This document shows, in pieces, positions 16,379-24,739 of a stretch of 39,721 nt of DNA. The stretch is from Solirubrobacterales bacterium. GTDB lineage: Bacteria; Actinomycetota; Thermoleophilia; Solirubrobacterales; 70-9. Made by a program: the position numbers and the translations under genes. How positions within the stretch are numbered: position 1 is the first letter of the stretch; every line of letters starts with the position of its first letter. The stretch lies in the NCBI GenBank assembly GCA_032119755.1, contig JAUMFR010000132.1:1-39721 (forward strand). The letters run 5' to 3'. Under the pieces are notes generated by a model. The model had not been told where the DNA came from, made no database searches, and saw nothing but the letters and a program-made list of their open reading frames with translations.

Positions 16379-18697
16379 TCAGGAGGCTGCGCGCTCGCGC
16401 ACGAGCCTTGCTGCCTCGACCATGTTGCGGAGAGCCTCTTCGGTCTCTGGCCAGGCGCGGGTCTTGAGCCCACAGTCTGGATTGACCCAGACCTGGTCAG
16501 CGGTGAGGACCTCGGCAGCCGCCTCGAGGAGTTCGGACATCTCCTCGACTGATGGAACCCGCGGAGAGTGGATGTCGTAGACACCAGGGCCGATCTCCTG
16601 CGCATAGCCTTGCTTCTCCCAGTCACCGAGGAGCTCCATGCGGGAACGGGCCGCCTCTATCAGCAGCACGTCCGCATCCATCGCCTGGATGTGATCCATG
16701 ATGTCGCCGAAGTCCGAGTAACACATGTGTGTCTGGATCTGGATCGCGTCCTCGACTCCGGAGGTCGAGATGCGGAAACACTCGACTGCCCAGTCGAGAT
16801 ACTCGGCCCAGTTCTCGCGTCGGAGGGGTAAACCCTCGCGAATCGCCGGTTCGTCGACCTGGACGATTCCTGCTCCGGCCGAGACCAGATCGTGGACCTC
16901 GTCTCTGACCGCCAGAGCCAACTGCCTGCAGGTGTCGGAGCGAGGTTGGTCGTCGCGGACGAAAGACCACTGGAGCATCGTCACCGGACCCGTGAGCATG
17001 CCCTTGACCGGAAGCTCGGTCAGCGACTGCGCATAGAGGTGCCAGTCGACGGTCATCGGAGAGGGCCGGCTGACATCACCGAAGATGATCGGTGGGCGCA
17101 CGCAGCGAGACCCGTAGGACTGGACCCATGCGTTCTGGGTGAACGCGTAGCCCATCATCTGCTCGCCGAAGTACTGGACCATGTCGTTCCTCTCCGGCTC
17201 TCCATGGACGAGCACATCGAGGCCGACCTCTTCCTGGAACGAGATGACCTTCTGGATCTCGGACTCCATCCGCTCCTTGTAAGCGGGAAAGTCGATCTTG
17301 CCCTCCCTCAGTTCGGCGCGGGCGGTCCGGATCTCTGTGGTCTGCGGATACGAGCCGATCGTGGTGGACGGGTAGAGGGGCAGGCCGAGTCGCTCGCGTT
17401 GGGCTTTCTGGCGTGCCGTGAAGTCGCTGTCGCGACGTGCGTCTGCCTCGGTCAAGGCCTCGACCCGCGAACGGACCTCGGGGTTGCTCGTCCTGTGCGA
17501 GTTGCGGCGACTCTCGAGGGCACGATCGTTGGCATCCAACTCCGAAGCGATCGCTTCACGCCCCTCGACCAAGCCCCTTGCGAGCGTTGCCACCTCGCCC
17601 ACCTTCTGCACCGCAAAAGACATCCAGGAACGGAGCTCGTCATCGAGATCTTCGTCGCCCCCGGTCGGCTCGGCGTCGAGATCCACCGGTGAGTGCAGGA
17701 GCGAACAGGAGGTCGAGACCACCAACTGGCTGACCCGGCTGGCGAGTCCAGCCACGAGGTCGAGGCTGTGCTCCAGGTCGCAGATCCAGACGTTCCGACC
17801 GTCGACGATGCCCGCGAACAGCCACTTGTCCTCGAGACCACCCTGGTCCGCGATCAGCTCGACGTTATGGCTTCCTCGATGGAGGTCGAGTCCGATTCCC
17901 TCGACCGGAAGGTCGCGCAGAACCCCGTAGGCATCGCCGACGTGATCGAAGTAGGTCTTGACGACGATCCGCGGACGCTCGTGGACCTTCGCCAACTCTT
18001 CGTAGGCGAGGCGCAACGCGTCGAGCTCCTTCTCGGTCCTGTCCTCGACGAAGCACGGCTCGTCGAGCTGAACCCAGGTCGCGCCCTGCTCGGCAAGCCT
18101 CTCGAGGGCCTCTCCGTAGACCTCGACCAATCCCTCGAGCAGATCGAGGGGATCGAAATCACCGGACAAACCGTCGGCAGGCTTGGAGAGGAGGAGCAGG
18201 CTCACCGGGCCGATCAGGACGGGGACGGTGTCGATTCCAAGTTCGGACATCGCCTCCGCGTGCTCGTCGAACGGCTTGGTCGAGGAGAGCGAGAACTCCG
18301 TCGTCGGTCCCAGCTCTGGGACGATGTAGTGGTAGTTGGTGTCGAACCACTTGGTCATCTCCATCGCTGTGACATCGATGCCATCGGCCTGCCTGCCTCG
18401 GGCCATCGCGAAGTAATCCTCGAGGCCGATGTCTCCACCCTCCCAGCCGTAGCGCTCGGGAATCGCGCCGACCAGCGCGATCGTGTCCAGCACCTGGTCG
18501 TAGAAGGAAAAATCGTTGGAAGGGATCAGATCGATGCCGGCATCGCTCATCCGCTTCCAGTTGGCGATGCGGATCTCTCGCGCGACCTGCTGCAGATCAG
18601 CCTCGCTGCTCTCTCCCCGCCAGAAGGACTCGGTGGCGAACTTCAGCTCGCGGGCGGGACCGATACGCGGGAACCCTGAAACATTGGAAAGTGCCAT
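16379..18697 (-). CDS. metE: cobalamin-independent methionine synthase (5-methyltetrahydropteroyltriglutamate-homocysteine S-methyltransferase)
   Basis: 772 aa with two Meth_synt domains. N-terminus is GFPRIGPARELKFATESFW. The C-terminal half carries the zinc-site context (IQTHMCYSDF, WVNPDCGLKTR). Confidence 0.95.
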   Translation of the reverse strand: MALSNVSGFPRIGPARELKFATESFWRGESSEADLQQVAREIRIANWKRMSDAGIDLIPSNDFSFYDQVLDTIALVGAIPERYGWEGGDIGLEDYFAMARGRQADGIDVTAMEMTKWFDTNYHYIVPELGPTTEFSLSSTKPFDEHAEAMSELGIDTVPVLIGPVSLLLLSKPADGLSGDFDPLDLLEGLVEVYGEALERLAEQGATWVQLDEPCFVEDRTEKELDALRLAYEELAKVHERPRIVVKTYFDHVGDAYGVLRDLPVEGIGLDLHRGSHNVELIADQGGLEDKWLFAGIVDGRNVWICDLEHSLDLVAGLASRVSQLVVSTSCSLLHSPVDLDAEPTGGDEDLDDELRSWMSFAVQKVGEVATLARGLVEGREAIASELDANDRALESRRNSHRTSNPEVRSRVEALTEADARRDSDFTARQKAQRERLGLPLYPSTTIGSYPQTTEIRTARAELREGKIDFPAYKERMESEIQKVISFQEEVGLDVLVHGEPERNDMVQYFGEQMMGYAFTQNAWVQSYGSRCVRPPIIFGDVSRPSPMTVDWHLYAQSLTELPVKGMLTGPVTMLQWSFVRDDQPRSDTCRQLALAVRDEVHDLVSAGAGIVQVDEPAIREGLPLRRENWAEYLDWAVECFRISTSGVEDAIQIQTHMCYSDFGDIMDHIQAMDADVLLIEAARSRMELLGDWEKQGYAQEIGPGVYDIHSPRVPSVEEMSELLEAAAEVLTADQVWVNPDCGLKTRAWPETEEALRNMVEAARLVRERAAS

Positions 18698-18733
18698 ACG
18701 GCGACTGACCTTAGCGAGTGAGGCGCGAAGACC

Positions 18734-21073
18734 TCATCCTGCCGAAGCCTGGTCAGGCACGGGATCACCCCGTCCGGCCCGAGGCTGGAGCCGAACCGGA
18801 GCTGCCTGCAGGGCATGGAGGCGCATGTCAGACCAGCTGACCCCCTCCCTGACCAGCGAGGGGACGCCGAGCAGCGCAGCGGTGGCCACCTCCACGGCCT
18901 GGAGGATGACTCCGTAGGCAAGGGCGGTTGCGGGGTCGACCCCGAAGCCCGCACTGAGCACGCTCACAACGGCAAGCTGGAAGACACCGATGTTCGAGGG
19001 GGTCACCGGGACGACAGCGGTCACGTTGACCGCGAACAGTACGGCGGCAGCGGCGCCTATCCCTACCGCGCCATCCAGACCGTTGATACCGAGTGCGGCG
19101 AACAGCGCCCAGCATGCGCCGAGCTGAAAACTCCAGGCGCCGAGCTGGAACGCGGTTGCACCCAGCCCCTGCTTGGGGTGACGGAAGACGCTCAGACCAC
19201 TTCGCACCTCGTTCAGGGCGCGACGCACGGCTCTCGCCAGTCGGGCGATCCTTCCCTCGCCGTTGGGGCGAATCAGAACCGGGGCCACAAGGACCGCGAT
19301 CAAAAGCAGAGCTGGAGCCATGCTGTAGATGAAGATCCGCTCGGTGCTCGACTGGAAGAGATCGCTGGTGCTGACGATCACCACTCCCAGCAGCACCAGC
19401 GCGAAGATGTTCATCGCGGTTTGCGACACGAGCGTGCCCACGATCACCGCGAAGGTCTCCCTCATCCGGCCAACCCGACGCGACAGCACCATCGCTCTGG
19501 CCGGCTCTCCCAGCCGGGCGGGCAGGGTCGCCGACATGAACACCCCGATCATCGTGGCCGAGGCAACGTCACGCCTCCTCACGGGCGAGCCGGGCAGGGC
19601 CGACCTGACCACGATCAACCAGGACGCGGCACGCAGGAAGAGGGAGGCGATCATGAGTGCGCAGGCGAGAAGCACCCAAGAGATATCGGAACCGATCACG
19701 CTGGCTGCCACGTCGTGCAACCCCACCTTCTTCGCGGCGAGCAGAGTCAATCCCACGCCGAGTACCCCGACTACGCCGAGCGCCGCCTTCCGTAACAGAC
19801 GCGCGCCGCGGCCGGTATCGGGAATCGGATCGAGCGACGGCATGCGCTTCGGAGGGGAGGGAGTGGATCCGTCGATCGGAATCAGTCCGGTGCGACGGGC
19901 GATCGCTTCCGGCCGACTGACTGGCGGGCGGGCGGGGATGAGAGCTGACTCGTAGACCTCTGTTACTTCGTCGGCGATCCTCGGCCATGCATAGCGCTCG
20001 GCGCTCTTGCGGGCCGCCCTGCCCATCGACGCGATCCGCTCCGGCTCGTGCCAGAGGTCCCTGAGTACCTCTGCGAGTCGCTGTGGATCGGCCGGGGGAA
20101 CGAGCACCCCGTCGAGTCCATCTGTGACCACGTCCGAGTAGCCGGCGATGTTCGACGCTACCACTGGGGTTCCTGCGGCAAAGGCCTCTGTCAGGACCAT
20201 GCCAAAGCTCTCTCCCGACAACGAGGGGGCACAGAGGAGATCTGCCTCGCCCAGATGTCGCCAGAGTTCATCGTCGGAGACCCGACCGGGGGTAGCGATT
20301 CTCGACGCGGCCTCGGGGTCAGCCAGCAGCCGCTCCACCTCCTCGCGCGTGGCTCCGACCACGGTCAATCTCGCAGGAACCTGCTCGATCAAGGCCGCGA
20401 AAGCGGTCAGGAGGACCCCGAGGCCCTTACGCTCCTCGGCTCGACCGAGGAAGAGCAGGTTCAACTCCTCCGAGGCCGGCTTGCGACCCGTGGGGGTCGG
20501 TGCGGCCGCGAGATCGACACCGTTGGGCACGATCGAGTACTCGCCTCCAAACCAGCGTTTACCGGTCCACGCCGCGGCCTCGGAAACCGCGATCCTGCGG
20601 GTCAGTTGGTTGAACAGACGCCGTGCGCCCAAGCCGTTTGCGATGTAGTTGGGCAACGGTTTGGTCGAGTAGGCATGGAAGGTCCCGACGATCGGAGCAC
20701 CTCTGAAGGTGTTTGCGTCCCACGCGACCAACGGTGCGGCTGGTTCGTGGACGTGTACGACATCGAACTCACCCGACTCGAGCTCCCGACGGAGCTTGAG
20801 GACATTGTCGGGAAAGACGCCAAGGTTCGAGACCGCTCCGTTGGCACCGACCGGGATCGTCCTCCCCAGTGGTACGAGGAAATCGGGTTGGTCGACCTCG
20901 GCCGGCATCCGGTTCCGGTGCAGCACCCGGGTGATCCGGTCAGAAGGGTCGGAGGGCGCGAGAACCCGCACGAAATGCTCCCGCGAAGCGAGTTCGTGGG
21001 CCAGAGCCTCGACGTGACGATTGACCCCTCCCCTGTAGGTCCAGGAGTACGGCGATACCAATGCGATGCGCAC
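18734..21073 (-). CDS. fusion protein: PimA-like GT4 glycosyltransferase (N-terminal) plus a UPF0104/lysyl-PG-synthase-TM-like 'flippase-like' multi-TM domain (C-terminal)
   Basis: The N-terminal half aligns by eye with mycobacterial PimA (RIALVSPYSW..GGVNRHV, FDVVHVHEP, GTFHA, IVPNGVD, LLFLGR.EERKG, CAPSLSGESFGMVLTEAFAAGTPVVAS). After a Pro-rich linker come about 8 TM helices. I prefer GTG 21073 (VRIALVS), because the ORF track's ATG 21151 would overlap hemQ. Confidence 0.85.
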   Translation of the reverse strand: MRIALVSPYSWTYRGGVNRHVEALAHELASREHFVRVLAPSDPSDRITRVLHRNRMPAEVDQPDFLVPLGRTIPVGANGAVSNLGVFPDNVLKLRRELESGEFDVVHVHEPAAPLVAWDANTFRGAPIVGTFHAYSTKPLPNYIANGLGARRLFNQLTRRIAVSEAAAWTGKRWFGGEYSIVPNGVDLAAAPTPTGRKPASEELNLLFLGRAEERKGLGVLLTAFAALIEQVPARLTVVGATREEVERLLADPEAASRIATPGRVSDDELWRHLGEADLLCAPSLSGESFGMVLTEAFAAGTPVVASNIAGYSDVVTDGLDGVLVPPADPQRLAEVLRDLWHEPERIASMGRAARKSAERYAWPRIADEVTEVYESALIPARPPVSRPEAIARRTGLIPIDGSTPSPPKRMPSLDPIPDTGRGARLLRKAALGVVGVLGVGLTLLAAKKVGLHDVAASVIGSDISWVLLACALMIASLFLRAASWLIVVRSALPGSPVRRRDVASATMIGVFMSATLPARLGEPARAMVLSRRVGRMRETFAVIVGTLVSQTAMNIFALVLLGVVIVSTSDLFQSSTERIFIYSMAPALLLIAVLVAPVLIRPNGEGRIARLARAVRRALNEVRSGLSVFRHPKQGLGATAFQLGAWSFQLGACWALFAALGINGLDGAVGIGAAAAVLFAVNVTAVVPVTPSNIGVFQLAVVSVLSAGFGVDPATALAYGVILQAVEVATAALLGVPSLVREGVSWSDMRLHALQAAPVRLQPRAGRGDPVPDQASAG

Positions 21074-21137
21074 GAACACAGCGTATAGGTCCTGCTGACA
21101 GCCGAAGGAGACCTCGCGCCCACTAACCTGAGGTTCC

Positions 21138-21842
21138 ATGGCGGTTGGCACCTATGCGAAATTCACTTTCTTCAAGATCGATCCGGCCTGGCGGCGGCTG
21201 CCCGTGGAGGAACGAGTGCGTGACAAGGAGGAGTTCCTGGCCGCTTGCGAGGACTTCGCGCAGGACCATTCGCTGCGGGCCTACTCGACCATCGGCACCC
21301 GCGGTGACACCGACCTGATGCTGCTCAGCCAGAGCCGGGTATTGGAGGACCTCCACACCTTCCATGTCGTGCTCGGGCAGAGTGGACTGGCCAAGTGGGC
21401 TGATGTCCCCTACTCCTATCTGGCGATGACCAAGGTTTCGGAGTACTCGGAGGAGTTGGCGCGTCACGAGATCTGTGTCTCGAACCGTAAGTACCTCTTC
21501 GTCTATCCGTTCGAGAAACAACGCGAGTGGTACACGCTCCCGATCGAAGAGCGCAGGAGGATCATGGAGGGCCACATCGAGACCGGCCGGAAGTACCCGC
21601 AGATCTCGATCAACACCGCCTACTCGTTCGGGCTCGACGATCAGGAGTTCGTGGTCAGCTTCGAGGGCGACGAGCCGGACGAGTTCCTCGAACTGGTTCA
21701 AGAGCTTCGAGGAACCGAGTCGAGCGCCTACACGCTGAGGGACACGCCGATCTTCACCTGCGTCTCGATGTCGGCCGCGAGAGCGGTCGATGCCCTCGAC
21801 GGAACCGCCGCCACCGCTGTCGCTTCCAGACAGAACGACTGA
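21138..21842 (+). CDS. chdC: coproheme decarboxylase / hydrogen-peroxide-dependent heme synthase (HemQ/ChdC, chlorite-dismutase family)
   Basis: 234 aa. YAKFTFFKIDPAWRRLP, KYLFVYPFEKQREWYTLP, RRIMEGHIETGRKYP, INTAYSFGLDDQEFVVSFE and LRGTESSAYT are typical of actinobacterial HemQ. GAGG lies 5 nt upstream of the ATG. Confidence 0.9.
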   Translation: MAVGTYAKFTFFKIDPAWRRLPVEERVRDKEEFLAACEDFAQDHSLRAYSTIGTRGDTDLMLLSQSRVLEDLHTFHVVLGQSGLAKWADVPYSYLAMTKVSEYSEELARHEICVSNRKYLFVYPFEKQREWYTLPIEERRRIMEGHIETGRKYPQISINTAYSFGLDDQEFVVSFEGDEPDEFLELVQELRGTESSAYTLRDTPIFTCVSMSAARAVDALDGTAATAVASRQND

Positions 21843-21882
21843 CAACCCTCTGATCCCATCGCCTAGGCTGCTGACTCCTCTG

Positions 21883-23289
21883 ATGAACAAGACCCGCACA
21901 GGAAGCCCCGACAACCCGGCCCGGATAGCGATCATCGGTTCAGGACCGGCTGGCTTCTATACGGCCGAACATCTGCTCAAGAGCGAGGACCCCGCCTGCG
22001 AGGTGGACCTGTTCGACCGCCTCCCCACCCCTTACGGACTCGTGAGGGCCGGGGTCGCACCCGATCACCCCAAGATCAAGTCGGTGACAAGGGTCTACGA
22101 GCGCACCGCCGCCCGTGACGGCTTCCGTTACTTCGGCGCAGTCGAGGTAGGCAAGGACGTGACTCTCGAAGAGCTCCAGCAGAGGTATCACGCGATCGTG
22201 CTGGCCTACGGGTCGTCGACCGACCGCAAGCTCGGCATTCCCGGAGAGGATCTTCCCGGTAGCCATGCCGCTACCGAGTTCGTCAACTGGTACAACGCCC
22301 ACCCCGACTTCGCCGATCGCGAATTCGATCTGTCCGCCAAACGGGCGGTGGTGGTCGGCAACGGGAACGTCGCGGCCGACGTCGCCCGGATGCTGGCCCT
22401 GACCGGAGAGGAGTTGGCGCAGACCGATACCGCGGATCACGCGATCGAAGCTCTGCCCTCCAGCGGGATCGAGGAGATCGTCGTCCTCGGTCGCAGAGGA
22501 CCAGCTCAGGCCGCCTTCACCAATCCGGAGCTGCGCGAGTTGAGCGAGATGCTCGAAGCCGATCTGATCATCGACGCCGCCGAAGCGGAACTCGATCCCG
22601 CGAGCCGGGATTCGCTCGACTCAGACGACGGCGACCCGACGCGCCGACGAAACGTCGAGATGATCGAGGAGTTCGCGGGTCGTGAGCCGGAAGGAAAACC
22701 CAAGCGGATAGTCCTCAGGTTCTGCGCTTCCCCTGTCGAGATCCAGGGCGACGGGAGGGTGGAACGACTGGTGATCGGGAGGAACGAGCTGACCTCCGAG
22801 GGAGACCGGATCACGGCGCGTGACACCGGGGAACGCGAGGATCTCGAGTGCGGTCTGATCTTCCGTTCGATCGGGTACCGCGGGGTGCCGATGGAGGGAG
22901 TGCCGTTCGACGAGGACCGTGGCACGATCTCGAACGTCGAAGGCAGGGTCACCGATCCCGACTCCGGTGAGCAGGTTACCGGTCTCTACACGGTCGGCTG
23001 GATCAAACGGGGGCCCTCCGGCGTTATCGGCACCAACAAAAAAGATGCTCAGGAGACAGCGGACAATCTCCTCGCCGACATCAGCGCAGGCAAGCACCTC
23101 GAAGCGGATCTCGCCGACGACCGCGAGGCAACGCCCGCCTTACTAGCCAAGCGCAAGCCGGATGCGGTCGCCTTCGAGGAGTGGGCGAAGATCGACGCTG
23201 CCGAGGTCGCTAACGGCGAACCACAGGGCCGCCCTCGGGTCAAGTTCACCTCTATCCCCGAGATGCTCGAAGCGGCGAAAGGATCCTGA
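21883..23289 (+). CDS. fprA: NADPH-ferredoxin reductase FprA (adrenodoxin-reductase type)
   Basis: ORF 21790..23289 trimmed to ATG 21883. Near-colinear with my recollection of M. tuberculosis FprA: IAIIGSGPAGFY, LPTPYGLVRAGVAPDHPKIKS, IPGEDLPGS, FVNWYNAHP, VVGNGNVAADVARML, VVLGRRGP.QAAFT..ELREL, GWIKRGPSGVIGTNKKDAQET, GRPRVKF. Confidence 0.93.
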   Translation: MNKTRTGSPDNPARIAIIGSGPAGFYTAEHLLKSEDPACEVDLFDRLPTPYGLVRAGVAPDHPKIKSVTRVYERTAARDGFRYFGAVEVGKDVTLEELQQRYHAIVLAYGSSTDRKLGIPGEDLPGSHAATEFVNWYNAHPDFADREFDLSAKRAVVVGNGNVAADVARMLALTGEELAQTDTADHAIEALPSSGIEEIVVLGRRGPAQAAFTNPELRELSEMLEADLIIDAAEAELDPASRDSLDSDDGDPTRRRNVEMIEEFAGREPEGKPKRIVLRFCASPVEIQGDGRVERLVIGRNELTSEGDRITARDTGEREDLECGLIFRSIGYRGVPMEGVPFDEDRGTISNVEGRVTDPDSGEQVTGLYTVGWIKRGPSGVIGTNKKDAQETADNLLADISAGKHLEADLADDREATPALLAKRKPDAVAFEEWAKIDAAEVANGEPQGRPRVKFTSIPEMLEAAKGS

Positions 23290-23528
23290 TGGCGGCGGAC
23301 CTGGCGGAACTCCAGTCGATGATCGAAGACGCCCTCCCCGGGGCGAGCGTCGAAGTCCTCGACGAGGGGGGCGGCGATCACCTGCGGGCGGTTGTGGCCG
23401 CGCCTCAGTTCGACGGCCTGACGACGATCGACCAGCACCGCCTCGTGAGGGCTGCCGTCCAACCGAGGATGGACGACGGAACGATCCACGCGCTTTCGAT
23501 CACGACCTCGCTTCCCGCCGCCGGATGA
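23289..23528 (+). CDS. BolA-family protein
   Basis: 79 aa. ...VEVLDEGGGDHLRAVVAAPQFDGLTTIDQHRLVRAAV...GTIHALSITT fits the BolA pattern (H..v.v.S..F.G...v.rHr.V...l....IHAl.i.t). The ATG overlaps the fprA stop (TGATG). Confidence 0.8.
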   Translation: MAADLAELQSMIEDALPGASVEVLDEGGGDHLRAVVAAPQFDGLTTIDQHRLVRAAVQPRMDDGTIHALSITTSLPAAG

Positions 23529-23559
23529 CCGGCGGCGGCCTACCCGTATAGTCAGAATC

Positions 23560-23979
23560 GTGAACGAACCCGGCATCACAGACAACGAGCCCACGGTGAC
23601 CGAGAAGGTCCGCGAGTTGATCGCTGAGAACGAGATACTCCTGTTCATGAAGGGGACCCCCGAAGCGCCCCAATGCGGCTTCTCGATGCGGGTAGTCGGG
23701 ATTCTCGACCAGCTCGACACCGACTACGCGGCGCTCGACGTACTGCCTGCCCTGGATCCGCTCCGTGAAGCGACGGGCGAGATCGCAGACTGGCGCACCT
23801 TCCCGCAGCTCTACGTGAAGGGGAACCTGGTCGGCGGCTGCGACATCGTCGAGGAGATGTACGCGTCCGGAGATCTCGCCGGACTGCTCGGTGTGGAAGC
23901 ACCGCCACCAGATCCTGATTCCCCTGCCCCCGGCGCAATGCCGCCGGCCTCATCCGGACCGATCCAGATCGAGGAGTAG
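23560..23979 (+). CDS. grxD: monothiol (CGFS) glutaredoxin, Grx4/GrxD family, with a Pro-rich C-terminal tail
   Basis: ILLFMKGTPEAPQCGFSMRVVGIL...WRTFPQLYVKGNLVGGCDIV is the canonical Grx4-family motif set. GTG start. Confidence 0.9.
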   Translation: MNEPGITDNEPTVTEKVRELIAENEILLFMKGTPEAPQCGFSMRVVGILDQLDTDYAALDVLPALDPLREATGEIADWRTFPQLYVKGNLVGGCDIVEEMYASGDLAGLLGVEAPPPDPDSPAPGAMPPASSGPIQIEE

Positions 23980-23988
23980 CGACTCTCG

Positions 23989-24375
23989 CTAGACGGCTGG
24001 AGCGCCCTCGCCGGGCGCTTCCTCGCGTACCTGAAATGAGGAACCGCAGCCACAGGCCGCAACCACGTTCGGGTTGTTGACCTGGAATCCGGCTCCCTGG
24101 AGACCGTCGACCCAGTCGACTTCGGACCCGAAGACGAACTGCATGCTCGTCTTGTCGACCACTACCGGGACTCCGTCGAATTCGAATCGGTGATCGTCAT
24201 CGTCGGCCTGATCAAAAGCAAGCGCGTACTGGAAGCCCGAGCAACCACCGCCGCGAACGGCAACGCGGAGGGCGCGAGCCTGCTCGTCGTCACCGCCGAG
24301 GAGCTCACGAACCTTCTCCACCGCCGCCGGAGTGAGGGTGACTGGATCGATCTTTGTTTCAGTACTCATCGCCAC
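23989..24375 (-). CDS. A-type iron-sulfur cluster carrier/insertion protein (IscA/ErpA/HesB family)
   Basis: LRVAVRGGGCSGFQYALAFD... and the C-terminal NPNVVAACGCGSSF three-Cys signature. Confidence 0.9.
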   Translation of the reverse strand: MAMSTETKIDPVTLTPAAVEKVRELLGGDDEQARALRVAVRGGGCSGFQYALAFDQADDDDHRFEFDGVPVVVDKTSMQFVFGSEVDWVDGLQGAGFQVNNPNVVAACGCGSSFQVREEAPGEGAPAV

Positions 24376-24381
24376 TGCATT

Positions 24382-24672
24382 CTAGACCCCAGCCCGGTCC
24401 GGCTGGGAAGTCTTCCATGCGAGATGCTCGAGAATCCGCTTGGAATCGCTGATTACCTCTCCCTCCAGCAACAGCACCGGAACCCTGCTCTGCCCGCTCA
24501 GTTCCACTATCTCCGGTCGCGAACCCCGACCCCAGGCAACGCGGCGCTGCTCGAAGGGGATTCCCGATCTGCGCAACCTGCGCGCGACCGTTCCGCACGG
24601 GCAGAGGTAATCGCCTGGCACCCTGCACCTATAGAGCACCGCTTCCGAGGGCTTATGAACCGAATCATCCAC
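24382..24672 (-). CDS. small glutaredoxin-fold / GST-N-terminal-domain-like protein
   Basis: LYRCRVPGDYLCPCG..ARRLRRSGIPFEQRRV....RPEIVELSGQSRVPVLLLEGEVISDSKRILEHL fits the Grx-fold pattern (CP.C ... SGQ..VPVL...G..I.DS..I..YL). Start is uncertain. GTG 24672 avoids overlap with degV; the ORF track's ATG 24780 overlaps it. Confidence 0.6.
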   Translation of the reverse strand: MDDSVHKPSEAVLYRCRVPGDYLCPCGTVARRLRRSGIPFEQRRVAWGRGSRPEIVELSGQSRVPVLLLEGEVISDSKRILEHLAWKTSQPDRAGV

Positions 24673-24739
24673 CGAGCGATCGTAGGCGAGAGAAGAGGTC
24701 AGCGCCAACTCGATCCGAAACCCTGATAGAACACATCGG

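Noticed and set aside
18698-18950. A cobalamin or SAM riboswitch upstream of metE.
   Set aside because: The intergenic gap is only 36 nt. I saw no B12 box or S-box-like conserved core in the upstream 250 nt, which is coding sequence with continuous protein-like translation. A covariance-model scan would be decisive.
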